Below, one piece after another: positions 17,319 through 27,157 of a stretch of 63,029 nt of DNA. The stretch is from Candidatus Tantalella remota (GTDB lineage: Bacteria; Omnitrophota; Gorgyraeia; Tantalellales; Tantalellaceae). The notes beneath the pieces were generated by a model, which was not told where the DNA came from, did not search any database, and saw nothing but the letters and a program-made list of their open reading frames with translations. The position numbers and the translations under genes were made by a program. The stretch's first letter is position 1. Every line of letters starts with the position of its first letter. The stretch lies in contig JAVCCB010000085.1 in the NCBI GenBank assembly GCA_030765685.1, positions 1 to 63,029 on the forward strand, given 5' to 3'.

Positions 17319-18977
17319 CTAAACCGCTGCGGGATCCACCCTCCCTATCATATCTGCTATGTCGCTGTCAGCGTCGGCTATCGGCTTGATATCAAATTTC
17401 TCCACAAGAACAGCCGCCACGTTCGGCGAAAGGAATGCCGGGAGCGTCGGGCCGAGCCTGATGCCCTTTACTCCGAGGTGAAGCAGCGCCAGAAGCACCG
17501 TTACCGCTTTCTGCTCATACCACGCTATATCGAAAGCTATCGGCAAGTCGTTGATATCCTCAAGCTCAAAAACTTCTTTCAGCTTTAGCGCTATCACAAC
17601 CAGAGAATAACTGTCGTTACACTGGCCCGCGTCGAGGACTCTGGGTATCCCTCCGATGTCACCGAGGTTGAGCTTGTTATATCGGTATTTGGCACATCCG
17701 GCTGTCAGGATGATAGTATCTTTCGGAAGCTTTTCCGCTACTTCCGTAAAATAGTTTCTTCCGGGCTGCCTGCCGTCACAACCGGCCATAACGACAAATT
17801 TCTTCACGGCGCCTGACTTTACCGCCTCGACTACTTTGTCCGCGAGAGCAAGCACCTGGTTATGCGCGAACCCTCCGATTATCTCGCCCGTTTCCAGTTC
17901 TTTCGGCGAAGCGCTTTTTTTAGCCAATTCTATAATAACTGAAAAATCCTTCGCCCCGTCACCTATTCTGTCCGGTATATGGGCAACACCCGGATATCCC
18001 GCGGATCCCGTAGTGAATATCCTGTCTTTATAAGGATCTTTTACCGGAGTGATGCAGTTGGTAGTCATCAAGATGGGACCGTTGAACGATTCGAACTCCT
18101 CGCTCTGATGCCACCATGAACTCCCGTAGTTTCCGGCAAGATGTTCGTACTTTTTAAATGACGGATAATAATTCGCGGGCAGCATCTCGCTGTGCGTATA
18201 TATATCCACTCCGCTGTCTTTTGTCTGTTCAAGAAGCTCTGCCAGGTCCTTGAGATCGTGTCCTGAAACCAGTATCCCGGGATTGCTCCTCACTCCAATA
18301 TTGACCTTCGAAAGTTCCGGATTCCCGTATGTGGTGGTATTCGCCTCATCCAAAAGAGCCATGGTCGTAACCGCCACCTCTCCCGCCTTCATGACCATAC
18401 CAACCATCTCATCAACACTAAGGTCTTTAGTAGTAGAGGTGAGCGCTTCCGCTAAAAATGAATATATCTCCTGCTTCTCAAACCCCAGAACAGAGGCGTG
18501 ATGGGCGTACGCGGCTATTCCCTTTATACCGTACGTCAACAGCTCCCTTAGAGATCTTACATCCTCATTATCAACGGACAAAATACCGATCTCCGTCGCT
18601 TTCTCATCCAGATCGCTATCAGCTTCAGGAGACCACACTACTGAGTCATGGCTCCCGGAGGTGTCTTCAACGGCAAATTCTGCCTTGATCTGATCCCTTA
18701 TTTTCAGCCCTTCATTTATATAGCCTTCGATCCTTTCATCGCTAAAATTACTGTTAGTGATGGTTGAAAAAAGAGCCTCAGTTATATATCGTCCTGTTTT
18801 AGTATCCAGGGCTTTTTCTCCTCCGGCACTTTCCGCCGCTACAGATATCCCCTTAAGAACGTATATTAAAAGATCCTGCAGGTTTGACGTGGCCGCTTTT
18901 TTGCCACAAGCCCCTGCGGCCGCATTGCAACCGGTATTATTCAAAGCTTCCTGACACTGATAACAAAACATACCCAT
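17319..18977 (-). CDS. hcp: Hybrid cluster protein (hydroxylamine/NO reductase)
   Basis: MFCYQCQE...C...[39 protein letters not shown]. Confidence 0.97.
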   Translation of the reverse strand: MGMFCYQCQEALNNTGCNAAAGACGKKAATSNLQDLLIYVLKGISVAAESAGGEKALDTKTGRYITEALFSTITNSNFSDERIEGYINEGLKIRDQIKAEFAVEDTSGSHDSVVWSPEADSDLDEKATEIGILSVDNEDVRSLRELLTYGIKGIAAYAHHASVLGFEKQEIYSFLAEALTSTTKDLSVDEMVGMVMKAGEVAVTTMALLDEANTTTYGNPELSKVNIGVRSNPGILVSGHDLKDLAELLEQTKDSGVDIYTHSEMLPANYYPSFKKYEHLAGNYGSSWWHQSEEFESFNGPILMTTNCITPVKDPYKDRIFTTGSAGYPGVAHIPDRIGDGAKDFSVIIELAKKSASPKELETGEIIGGFAHNQVLALADKVVEAVKSGAVKKFVVMAGCDGRQPGRNYFTEVAEKLPKDTIILTAGCAKYRYNKLNLGDIGGIPRVLDAGQCNDSYSLVVIALKLKEVFELEDINDLPIAFDIAWYEQKAVTVLLALLHLGVKGIRLGPTLPAFLSPNVAAVLVEKFDIKPIADADSDIADMIGRVDPAAV

Positions 18978-19110
18978 TTTCTCTCCTCTTTTTGTTTTCT
19001 ATTCTTACCCTCTAAATTACTTGTCCTATTACTCTAATTCTCTCTTCTTTGTTTCCCCAATACTCTATTGTAGTCTTATTTCCATTTATCGCACCTTATA
19101 TCTCACAGTA

Positions 19111-19138
19111 ATGATATCATATTAGTATCATTTGTCAA
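19111..19138 (-). promoter_or_regulatory. Promoter with overlapping palindromic operator, site 2 (hcp)
   Basis: Plus strand ATGATAT-CATATTA-GTATCAT-T-TGTCAA. Confidence 0.7.
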
Positions 19139-19163
19139 TAGTTATTTTAGCCCCCTCCAATAG

Positions 19164-19362
19164 AGACGTCATTCCCGCGCGACCGAGAGGCAAAGGTCCC
19201 CGAGAAAGTGCCGAAAGCCAGAGGGCTTCGACGAAGCGGGAATCTAGACGTCATCCCGGAATCCGCGGCCTGTCCGCCATAGCCTTGGCGACAAAGTCCG
19301 CCGTAGCCAGATAAAACCTGAACAGCTTGGCGAAGAAGGGGTCTACGGGGGTCTACGGGGAC
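19164..19362. repeat. Mosaic of nested REP-like palindromes
   Basis: GTCATTCCCGC...GCGGGAATC with inner hairpins, a deleted second copy, two GTCCGCCRTAGC...CTTGGCGA units, and a GGGGTCTAC tandem. Confidence 0.65.
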
Positions 19363-19400
19363 GTTTGTTGTTTTAAATTTAGGCCGTAAAAATTTTTAAT

Positions 19401-19563
19401 CCTAGACCTGTCCCTTTCCAGCATATATGCTGCTGTTAACCATATTCGTACTACATGATTAAGGATCTTGGCGGGGATTTAGCTTTTATCTGTACTTTTT
19501 CGCTGGGGACAGGTCTAGGCACAAAATCAGGGACGGGTGTGGGATTAAAGTGAGAAACGTCCC
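19401..19563. repeat. GGGACAGGTCTAG inverted-repeat element
   Basis: CCTAGACCTGTCCC (19401) is inverted to GGGACAGGTCTAGG (19506); 33 nt recur at 42274 with one mismatch. Confidence 0.7.
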
Positions 19564-19584
19564 TACATATACAATCTATAGATA

Positions 19585-19628
19585 CAAAAAACCCCGCTGA
19601 TAAAAAAAAGGTTTTTGCGGGGTTTTTG
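19585..19628. terminator. Bidirectional terminator-like hairpin
   Basis: CAAAAAACCCCGC...GCGGGGTTTTTG. Confidence 0.65.
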
Positions 19629-19818
19629 TCATACGCGCAACTCACGCATACGTATAAATCTATGGCCTTACCTCTCAAATAAGCTTCGTTTCTCCTAACT
19701 ATTAAAGTATATCATATAAAATCCGATTTGGCAAATTTAAGGGGAAGATTTTTTTTCAGGCAAATCGGTCTTACCTGTGTTTAAGCGGAGAAGATGTGTC
19801 TCGGGAATCCCTTTTCGC

Positions 19819-20007
19819 CTATTTAGCGACGCCTGTCTTCCTTAAAATTGTCATCATGAGGCACCAGTTGGTAAATGCCGACTGGAGAAGATTGATCCCG
19901 ACAAAAGCGGTGAACCATAACCATTTCAAGTTTACAAAATAAGCGAGCAACAGGCTTGCCAGAATAAAAAATCCCGCCAGGGCCCTTAGTGTTCTTTCCA
20001 TATCCAT
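19819..20007 (-). CDS. DUF2892 (YgaP-like) small membrane protein
   Basis: FVGINLLQSAFTNWCLM. Confidence 0.9.
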   Translation of the reverse strand: MDMERTLRALAGFFILASLLLAYFVNLKWLWFTAFVGINLLQSAFTNWCLMMTILRKTGVAK

Positions 20008-20017
20008 GACATACCTC

Positions 20018-21316
20018 CTAAAAACTATACCTTAATCTTGCATAAACGTTCTTATTTTTCTGTATGCTTCCGAATTCCGTCCATGAGTCCCTCCCCCACG
20101 CGAGGTTACCCCCAACAGTCAGGGTCCATGCGTCCGTCGCGTTCCATGTGAGAGACGGCCGGGTATAAACATCAAGATCCGACGGTGAGAAAAATGTGAA
20201 TACCGTGAATTTGATAGTCTGGTTCGCGAAAAACTTGGTTATCCTGTGCGTTATGGTATGACGAAACTCCTCCCACCTGTAGTCTGCCGGAAGAAGAGCT
20301 TTTTCATACTCGGCATAATCAAGAGTCTGTTCGAGATAATACTGGAACGACATACTAAGGTCATTACCAAGATCTTTTTCATACCCCGCGAGATATTTCA
20401 TCCTTGAGTTCTGTATCGTCCGAATATCCCCTTTGGGATCTTCCGGCGAATAATAATATGACACTTCCAGATTGCCTATGCCCCACAACACCGGGCCTCT
20501 TACGCTTCCCCCGTAATCGTCAAGGCGTTCGTAATATATTTGATGCGCCCTTTCGTCCTTGTAGCTCCTCGGGCTCGGGTCGAACCCGCGATAATAATAA
20601 AGCGCGCCTTCATAACTACCGAAATTCCGATATATCCTTCCTGTATAAATAAAATTTTTGGCGCTCTTTGACGGATCGACTATATCCCTTTCAGCGTTGA
20701 CTCCCGCGATACCGCCCTGAAAACTGTCAAAAAAACTTACCCTGTAGCCGGTCGGTACCGTATCCGGTTCAAAGAACGGGATACAGATAAGATCTATATT
20801 AAACCATTCCGGATAGAGCATCACGCGCACAGCATCGTTCGGCTTTTTCAGATATTCGTCGTCCCGGCCGATAAAGAACGAAACAAAATCCTTCGGAAAA
20901 AGATCGTTTAGGAACAGATAGTCTCCCGTACCCCATGTAAGTATCTGCCTACCAGCCTTGATATCCATTATGTCCGTAGGCGTCATAGAAACGTTCAACT
21001 CCCTGAGTTCCGTCAGTACCTTGCCCGCGGAATACATATCGAGGACAAAATCACATTTCCCCCTCAGCGAAGTCTGCCATTCGGCCAGTATATTATCCCC
21101 AGAAAAATAATAGTCCGTTTTAAGCTGGACCCTGCCTTCAGCCATATTGTACTGCCGATGCCTGACGTCATCCGAGCCGAACCTGGGCGCGAACGCCTCC
21201 TCCAGGAAACCGTGTATCTCCGGAAGTTTCCCGGAAGAAGCGTACCCCGCTCCGCTCGCAAAAAACAAAAAGAGCGACATCATGACAGCTATTTTGATCG
21301 TCTTCGTCCTCTTCAT
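20018..21316 (-). CDS. Outer-membrane beta-barrel protein (DUF1302-like)
   Basis: Signal peptide, GRQILTWGTGD motif, C-terminal ARLRYSF. Confidence 0.75.
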   Translation of the reverse strand: MKRTKTIKIAVMMSLFLFFASGAGYASSGKLPEIHGFLEEAFAPRFGSDDVRHRQYNMAEGRVQLKTDYYFSGDNILAEWQTSLRGKCDFVLDMYSAGKVLTELRELNVSMTPTDIMDIKAGRQILTWGTGDYLFLNDLFPKDFVSFFIGRDDEYLKKPNDAVRVMLYPEWFNIDLICIPFFEPDTVPTGYRVSFFDSFQGGIAGVNAERDIVDPSKSAKNFIYTGRIYRNFGSYEGALYYYRGFDPSPRSYKDERAHQIYYERLDDYGGSVRGPVLWGIGNLEVSYYYSPEDPKGDIRTIQNSRMKYLAGYEKDLGNDLSMSFQYYLEQTLDYAEYEKALLPADYRWEEFRHTITHRITKFFANQTIKFTVFTFFSPSDLDVYTRPSLTWNATDAWTLTVGGNLAWGRDSWTEFGSIQKNKNVYARLRYSF

Positions 21317-21318
21317 TT

Positions 21319-22110
21319 TTATTGTCCTATATACTGCCTGGGCGGACGCCTCAGGAACCTTTCCGTAAACACATTATCTTTGAGACCCACATCATACCGA
21401 ACATCCGTAAACTCGGACACCGTATAGCCGTTAGCATTCAGGTCTGTAGCTTTCATCTTCGTTATCGTGGGGTGCCCCTCAATATCCTTTATCTCCAGCG
21501 CCTCTATAGTCTTATACATCTTCCCGTTCTTGTCGTACATCTCCGCTTTTTTCGGCAGAAAGTTCTCCTTATCTATCCAGGTCACAAAATAAGAAAACTC
21601 AACGGATCTGGGATCTTTGGGGACACTCTTTACCTTATAGGATACATCGTCTTTCCCCTCAAGCGTATGGTCGTCTTCCTCCGGACCGCGGCCCGATATC
21701 TCCTCATAAGCAAAATGGGTTCCCACAAAACTTGACCTCTTATCGCTGGCGGCGACGCGCCTGACGAGATCCATCGCCGGAAGATACAGCCACCTGTCAT
21801 CGTCGTTCCCCGGATGTTTCCATACAAGATATGACATACCTTTGACATCGTTCGGTTTGTCAAAATAAACATAATATTTCTGTTCCACGTCGTCCGGAGC
21901 GTCAATCCTTAATATGGTCATCTCCCTTTCCCTGGTACGTCCCAGTGAATCCGTTATGACCATCCGCACGTCCGCCTTACCGTCAGAACCCTGGTAATAC
22001 GCCGCCCTGTTGGACTCGTTTATTATCTCCTCCACGGTCAACGCGTGGACCGTAGCGCATGAGCCGACCACGAACATCACCGCAACGATACCCGTTAAAA
22101 ACTTCTTCAT
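21319..22110 (-). CDS. Outer-membrane lipoprotein-sorting (LolA-like) protein
   Basis: Signal peptide, DDRWLYLPAMDLVRRVAASDKRSSFVGTHFAYEEISGR, FTERFL. Confidence 0.88.
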   Translation of the reverse strand: MKKFLTGIVAVMFVVGSCATVHALTVEEIINESNRAAYYQGSDGKADVRMVITDSLGRTREREMTILRIDAPDDVEQKYYVYFDKPNDVKGMSYLVWKHPGNDDDRWLYLPAMDLVRRVAASDKRSSFVGTHFAYEEISGRGPEEDDHTLEGKDDVSYKVKSVPKDPRSVEFSYFVTWIDKENFLPKKAEMYDKNGKMYKTIEALEIKDIEGHPTITKMKATDLNANGYTVSEFTDVRYDVGLKDNVFTERFLRRPPRQYIGQ

Positions 22111-24629
22111 CTTTCGCCTCCTGTTTCGTTCCGCACACATATCTTATGTCTTGATACTATGTTACACATACCCCCCATTACAACTATAACTCCTATACAG
22201 ACAACCGTCGTCACAGACCATGACGCGATAGAATACCCGCCGAGGACATACGCTACGGCAGCAGCTACCATAAGAGAAAAAAGCATGCAATATAAGCAGT
22301 TACACGCGGGACTTTTCCTTTCGTCAAAAATCGCTTTAGGGAAAGCCGATATGATCGCCGGCAAAATAAGCAGAGTCGCCACGCTGGACGCGAGCATTAT
22401 AAGAAACATGAACACCCCGACCGTCTTGTACGGAACAAGCGGGGCTGCCAGAAGCGGCAGGAACCCAATGGAAATTATGAGCGCGTTCCTGAGTATAGCG
22501 CGTCCCGGCTCCCGAAACATCTCCCGGGATGTATCTTCCCAATTGCCTTTGACCTGGTATATCTCTCGTGCTCTTTGGAGAAAATGGATCGCGAAATCCA
22601 CCGATAGCCCCAAAGTCAACGCCGAAAGTACCGCAACAGGCATGTCATAGTTCTTACCTGTAAAACCAAGCAGGCTGTAAATAAATACTATGGTGACCGT
22701 AAGCGGTATCATTGACACCAGCCCCCTGACGGGTGACCGGAAGAGAAAAACCATCATAAAAAATACTATGATAAAACTCCCTAGAAAATTCCTGAGCATC
22801 CCCGCTACCATGCGGTTCTGCCATACTACATTTATGTATGTAAGCCCCGCCCAGTTACTTTTGATATCAAACGGCGGCGGGTTTTTCGCTAGATACTCTC
22901 CCACCTCTTTCTCGACTCTGGTCATATCAAGATTGTCCCCCGAAGTTAGCTGGAACCATATGTTCAGTTTGTCATAATCGGGCGTGGTAAAATGCCATAG
23001 ATCGTCCGGCTTATGCGAGTTCTGATACGAGATAAGACACTGAGCTACCGCCGGTTTTGTAGGCGGAATGACATTGTTCTTCTTATCACCGCCCAGAAGC
23101 TCATAATATATCTTTTTCGACACATCTGCCAGCGATGTCGTCTTTCCCACGCTGCCCTGTTTTGTGAGATGTTCCTGCATTTTCTCCACATACTCAAGCA
23201 TAGCCGGCTCTTTGAATACTTCACCTTTTTTATCACTGGCTTCAAGGATAAGATACGCGGTGTAGGTGCCTCCAAAATGATCGTTAAGAACCTCGTCCGC
23301 CACCCTTATCTCATGCCCGGGAGAGAACCACTTCACTGGGTTATCGTTTATGACTATCTTTGTTATCCCGTACGAGGAAATGCCTATGACCAATACGCTA
23401 CCGGCAAGTATCCATTTCCATTTTGTAAAAGCCAGTTTACCGGTAGCAGCAAGGAACCTATTCATCAGCGACGATTCGGACACGTCCTCCGTGACGCCAA
23501 AACCTTCCAGCCATTCTTTTTTCATCAGGGAAATACATGCCGGGATGAACGTCATCGTCAGCACCCAGGCTATCATGACTCCCAACGCGACAAACACGCC
23601 AAAAACCTGCACGGGAGGTATCCGGGCAAACGCCAAAGAAACAAACCCCGCCGTAGTGGTAAGCGACGTAAAAAGCATCGGCATAAAAAGATCGTCCACA
23701 GTCGCCAGAATGGCTTTCTTCCTGTCCCCTATTTTATGGAATTTTTCAAAAAATTCGCTGAGAATATGCACTGAATCCAATACAGCTATCGGCATAAGAA
23801 AAATAGGTATCATCGAGCTCATTATATGCACGGTAAACCCGAACCCTATCAGCGCGCCCATCGTTATAAGAACTGTTACTCCGGCAAGTAAAAGCGGCGC
23901 CAGCACAAGCCTGACATTCTTAAAGAACGCCAGCATCAGAAGAAAAATTACCAGCATCGCCAGCGGGGCCGATATTGCCATCTGCTTGAACATCTCGAAT
24001 CCGAAAGTATCTTCCGCTATCGGCAGTCCGGTAATATAATATTTTTCCTCTCCTTTATTTTCCTTTATTATCTCGCGTATCTCGCGAGATATCGCGTAAC
24101 TTCTATTCTTAGCCTCTATGGGCACGTACACGCAAACAGCTTTCCCGTCTTCGGAAACTATAGTCCCGTAGAACATCGGGTTTTCCATCGCGCGGGAGCG
24201 TATCTTACGCGCCGCTTCCTCGGTATACGGCGGAGATTCCATAAGCCACTTAAACCGGACGGCACCCAAGCCAGCCTGCTCAATGTCATCTTTCGTGGAA
24301 GGAGCTATAAGCTCGTAAGATATAACGCCGTCTATCGTCTTTATTTTTTCCGTTATCCTATATACCTTCTCCAGGGTTTCCGGGTTAAACACCCCTTCAG
24401 GAGACTCCTCATTCACGACTCCAAGCACTATAAAATCGTGCAGGGCAAACTCTTTTTTCACGGCATGGTGGAAGACCCTGGCAAACTCCTCTTTCGGAAG
24501 CATATTCTCAGGATCCGTATCCACCTTCATCCTCGGGAACTGGACTACAGCGGCCACCAGAAGAACAGCAATTATGGCCATGATCACGCCGGGCCTCTCA
24601 ACAGAAAATCCTATTATCTTTTTAAACAT
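22107..24629 (-). CDS. MMPL/RND family transporter
   Basis: DTDPENMLP, two TM repeats (IAVLDSVHIL; GLSVDFAIHF), extra Cys-rich C-terminal hairpin. Confidence 0.9.
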   Translation of the reverse strand: MFKKIIGFSVERPGVIMAIIAVLLVAAVVQFPRMKVDTDPENMLPKEEFARVFHHAVKKEFALHDFIVLGVVNEESPEGVFNPETLEKVYRITEKIKTIDGVISYELIAPSTKDDIEQAGLGAVRFKWLMESPPYTEEAARKIRSRAMENPMFYGTIVSEDGKAVCVYVPIEAKNRSYAISREIREIIKENKGEEKYYITGLPIAEDTFGFEMFKQMAISAPLAMLVIFLLMLAFFKNVRLVLAPLLLAGVTVLITMGALIGFGFTVHIMSSMIPIFLMPIAVLDSVHILSEFFEKFHKIGDRKKAILATVDDLFMPMLFTSLTTTAGFVSLAFARIPPVQVFGVFVALGVMIAWVLTMTFIPACISLMKKEWLEGFGVTEDVSESSLMNRFLAATGKLAFTKWKWILAGSVLVIGISSYGITKIVINDNPVKWFSPGHEIRVADEVLNDHFGGTYTAYLILEASDKKGEVFKEPAMLEYVEKMQEHLTKQGSVGKTTSLADVSKKIYYELLGGDKKNNVIPPTKPAVAQCLISYQNSHKPDDLWHFTTPDYDKLNIWFQLTSGDNLDMTRVEKEVGEYLAKNPPPFDIKSNWAGLTYINVVWQNRMVAGMLRNFLGSFIIVFFMMVFLFRSPVRGLVSMIPLTVTIVFIYSLLGFTGKNYDMPVAVLSALTLGLSVDFAIHFLQRAREIYQVKGNWEDTSREMFREPGRAILRNALIISIGFLPLLAAPLVPYKTVGVFMFLIMLASSVATLLILPAIISAFPKAIFDERKSPACNCLYCMLFSLMVAAAVAYVLGGYSIASWSVTTVVCIGVIVVMGGMCNIVSRHKICVRNETGGER

Positions 24630-24634
24630 ATCTT

Positions 24635-24943
24635 CTACTCCTTGTTACAACAGCCTTTTATACAGGATAATATTTTTAGGACCTCTTTCTTCCTTATATA
24701 ATAATACACTTCATTACCTTTTCTTTCTCTGCCCAGGAGCCCCTTTGCCGCCATGGCGTTAAGGTGCTGCGAGGTAACCGATTGCTTGGCCCCCGCCGCG
24801 ACCTGCACGTCGCCCGCTTTCATCGCCCCCCTTTCAAGCAGCGCGATTATACTAAGTCGTACCGGATGAGCTATGACCTTCAGCATACCCGCGGCCTGAG
24901 AAAAAGGGTACTTCTCCATATCGATGTCTTTTGCCTTGTTCAT
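24635..24943 (-). CDS. ArsR/SmtB family regulator
   Basis: LKVIAHPVRLSII...SQHL...RKGNEVYY, C-terminal CIKGCC. Confidence 0.9.
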   Translation of the reverse strand: MNKAKDIDMEKYPFSQAAGMLKVIAHPVRLSIIALLERGAMKAGDVQVAAGAKQSVTSQHLNAMAAKGLLGRERKGNEVYYYIRKKEVLKILSCIKGCCNKE

Positions 24944-24945
24944 CC

Positions 24946-24979
24946 ATATTAGTTTATCGTAATATTCTAATATTGTCAA
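24946..24979 (-). promoter_or_regulatory. Promoter and inverted repeat at the ArsR start (probably leaderless, autoregulated)
   Basis: TTGACA-17-TAAACT ending about 7 nt before the ATG, overlapped by ATATTAG-N14-CTAATAT. Confidence 0.55.
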
Positions 24980-25019
24980 TCAAAAAACTTTTATTTTTCT
25001 TTTCCGGGAGATCTTTCGG

Positions 25020-25529
25020 TTACGCGGTCTTCAAGGCTTCCAGAGCGGCGTCATAATCGGGGTGTTCCGTGAGTTCTTTAACATACTCGACATATTTCAC
25101 GGAGTTATCCTTACCTAATATGAATATGGCTCTGGACAAAAGACGCAGTTCTTTTATGAGGACTCCGTACTTTGTCCCGAAATCCGCAGCAGCGTGATCG
25201 GAGAAGGTCTTTACCTTCTTTATGTCATACGCCTGACAGAATCTTTTCTGGGCAAAAGGAAGATCCATGCTGATAAAAAGGATGACTATATCCTTGCCCA
25301 CAGAGGCCGCCTCATCATTGAACCGTTTTATCTGCAGGTCGCAGACCGGTGTATCCAAAGACGGTACGGACGCTATAAGTTTTGTCTTCCCGTCAAACAC
25401 GTCCAGAGATACTTCTTCAAGATCCGCGTCGAGCACTTTAAAAACAGGCGCTTCCATGCCGACCTTAATCTCGTTCCCCACCAAAGTCACCGGACCGCCT
25501 TTTACCGTTACTATATCACTTCTTCCCAT
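25020..25529 (-). CDS. tpx: Thiol peroxidase
   Basis: SVPSLDTPVC, SMDLPFAQKRFC, EHPDYDAAL. Confidence 0.95.
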   Translation of the reverse strand: MGRSDIVTVKGGPVTLVGNEIKVGMEAPVFKVLDADLEEVSLDVFDGKTKLIASVPSLDTPVCDLQIKRFNDEAASVGKDIVILFISMDLPFAQKRFCQAYDIKKVKTFSDHAAADFGTKYGVLIKELRLLSRAIFILGKDNSVKYVEYVKELTEHPDYDAALEALKTA

Positions 25530-25557
25530 AATAAATACTCCCTCCTCTTTTGATAAC

Positions 25558-26301
25558 TTACTTTACTTCCACACATGCCTCCGCATCGAACGGATTCGTC
25601 CTCATCGCGAGCGAAAACAAATACGGGTAATCACTTTTTAGATGCATCATATAATCCAGCCACTCAAAAATAAGGTGGCCGTACGCTCTCTGAATATCAC
25701 CGCAAATGTGTGCAGCGTCCGCCTCCGGCAGATCGTCCAGATCTTCACGATAAGCGAGCTCTTCAGCCAGATGAAAGACCGCCCAGAGAAGGTCGGTGAA
25801 TGACTCATGCTCCAGGAGATTCGGGTTCTCCAGGAGATTCAGGAGAAAATCCCTCTTGCTCCTCAAAAAATCCCTTATTTTAAGCAGCCCCACACCGTCA
25901 TACTCTATCTCGCCCTTGTACTGCCCTAAGGCTTTCTTGATGTTCGCAAAATCCCGGGCAGTCCACCGTCCTGTTACGACAAGCTGTTCCTTTATCTTCG
26001 CTACTCCGACATCCATTTCAGACAAAAGTTCCAAAAGTTCCGTACCCACCTCTGTGAAAAACACCCCTATTACCATATTAAGCTTTTTCAGCATAACCTT
26101 CTTTTCCCTGTGCTCAAGAAGCTTGTGCAAAATAAGCGCCACCATAAGGACTTCGATGAATACAAAAGCAATATCACCCATCAGGTAGATGAAAATATGA
26201 TGCACATCGTGAAACATAAGGTAATGGACATAATAGACGATCGCCGACAAGAGTATCAACCCCAGTCCTAAAAAGACCTGCCAGTTAAATATTTTTTTCA
26301 T
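25558..26301 (-). CDS. Conserved membrane protein of unknown function
   Basis: Two N-terminal TM helices; LLENPNLLEHESFTDLLWAVFHL...YPYLFSLAMRTNPF. Confidence 0.8.
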   Translation of the reverse strand: MKKIFNWQVFLGLGLILLSAIVYYVHYLMFHDVHHIFIYLMGDIAFVFIEVLMVALILHKLLEHREKKVMLKKLNMVIGVFFTEVGTELLELLSEMDVGVAKIKEQLVVTGRWTARDFANIKKALGQYKGEIEYDGVGLLKIRDFLRSKRDFLLNLLENPNLLEHESFTDLLWAVFHLAEELAYREDLDDLPEADAAHICGDIQRAYGHLIFEWLDYMMHLKSDYPYLFSLAMRTNPFDAEACVEVK

Positions 26302-26320
26302 TTTTTTCCTTTTTCTATTC

Positions 26321-26512
26321 TTATAGTTTTGTAGGGTTGCACAGATTGCCTTTATTGTGCGCGGCACGCCCACAGTTCTTGCAGTAAAACGCGGGATCCT
26401 GTATCAGCTTTTTCACTTCTCCCATATCTCTCCTTGCCACTACCTGACAAAGATGATTGGTAGCGTGGCATTTTTCTGACCCCTTACAAGAGTGTACATA
26501 TTTTACGCCCAT
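26321..26512 (-). CDS. Small Cys/His-rich putative metal-binding protein
   Basis: HLC...YCKNCGRAAH...LCNP; GGAGG RBS. Confidence 0.75.
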   Translation of the reverse strand: MGVKYVHSCKGSEKCHATNHLCQVVARRDMGEVKKLIQDPAFYCKNCGRAAHNKGNLCNPTKL

Positions 26513-26530
26513 GCCAGCCTCCTCTTTTCG

Positions 26531-26749
26531 TTAACTATTGAATTTCCCCTTGCCCCCATTATTATTTTGCACATCCGGATCCATTTGGTCCTTATAATGA
26601 GCGTGGCATTTCCCGCAAGCTCCATCCTCTTCAACCCACCTGGGGTGCTCTTTCTTGATCGCTTCGATTATGTGCTCTTCCGTGTGCGGTATTATCTCCA
26701 ATAATTCTCGCGGCATTTTTTTACCGCATGTCGGACATACAAATTCCAT
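26531..26749 (-). CDS. Small putative zinc-binding protein
   Basis: CPTC...HTEEH...CGKCH. Confidence 0.65.
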   Translation of the reverse strand: MEFVCPTCGKKMPRELLEIIPHTEEHIIEAIKKEHPRWVEEDGACGKCHAHYKDQMDPDVQNNNGGKGKFNS

Positions 26750-26785
26750 ACTTGCCCCTTTCTATTTTTCTTCACACCTGTGGCT

Positions 26786-27100
26786 CTACTCCATCTCTTT
26801 GTTTAGAAAATAGCTTATTACTGTCCTTATCGCGACGATAGATCCGAGAACCGCGAGTTCCTGTAAAGTCGGTCTGATCACGGTCCTTATCAGGTCAGCC
26901 GCTATCAGGAACTCAAGCCCCATTAAGATATAGGTCCCCAGATAATGCCTGATATGCTCACGCTTCCTGCATACATTCTCTCTCTGTAGACCTCGTATCT
27001 CCAGTTTGACTACCTGCAGAAATGAGATAACCGACCCCCAGGTAATAACGGTTATACCCGCTATCCCTATTGCCAGTGACAAATAATGTATGATTATCAT
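26786..27100 (-). CDS. DUF1622 membrane protein
   Basis: LGTYILMGLEFLIAADLIRTV...IRTVISYFL. Confidence 0.9.
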   Translation of the reverse strand: MIIIHYLSLAIGIAGITVITWGSVISFLQVVKLEIRGLQRENVCRKREHIRHYLGTYILMGLEFLIAADLIRTVIRPTLQELAVLGSIVAIRTVISYFLNKEME

Positions 27101-27157
27101 TTTTTCCCCTAAGTTATTTATATTGTATACCCTTTTGCTTTTCTTTGGAATAGGTAT

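Noticed and set aside
19330-19362. GGGGTCTAC tandem as CRISPR-like repeat
   Set aside because: Only two 9-bp units, no spacers, no cas genes.
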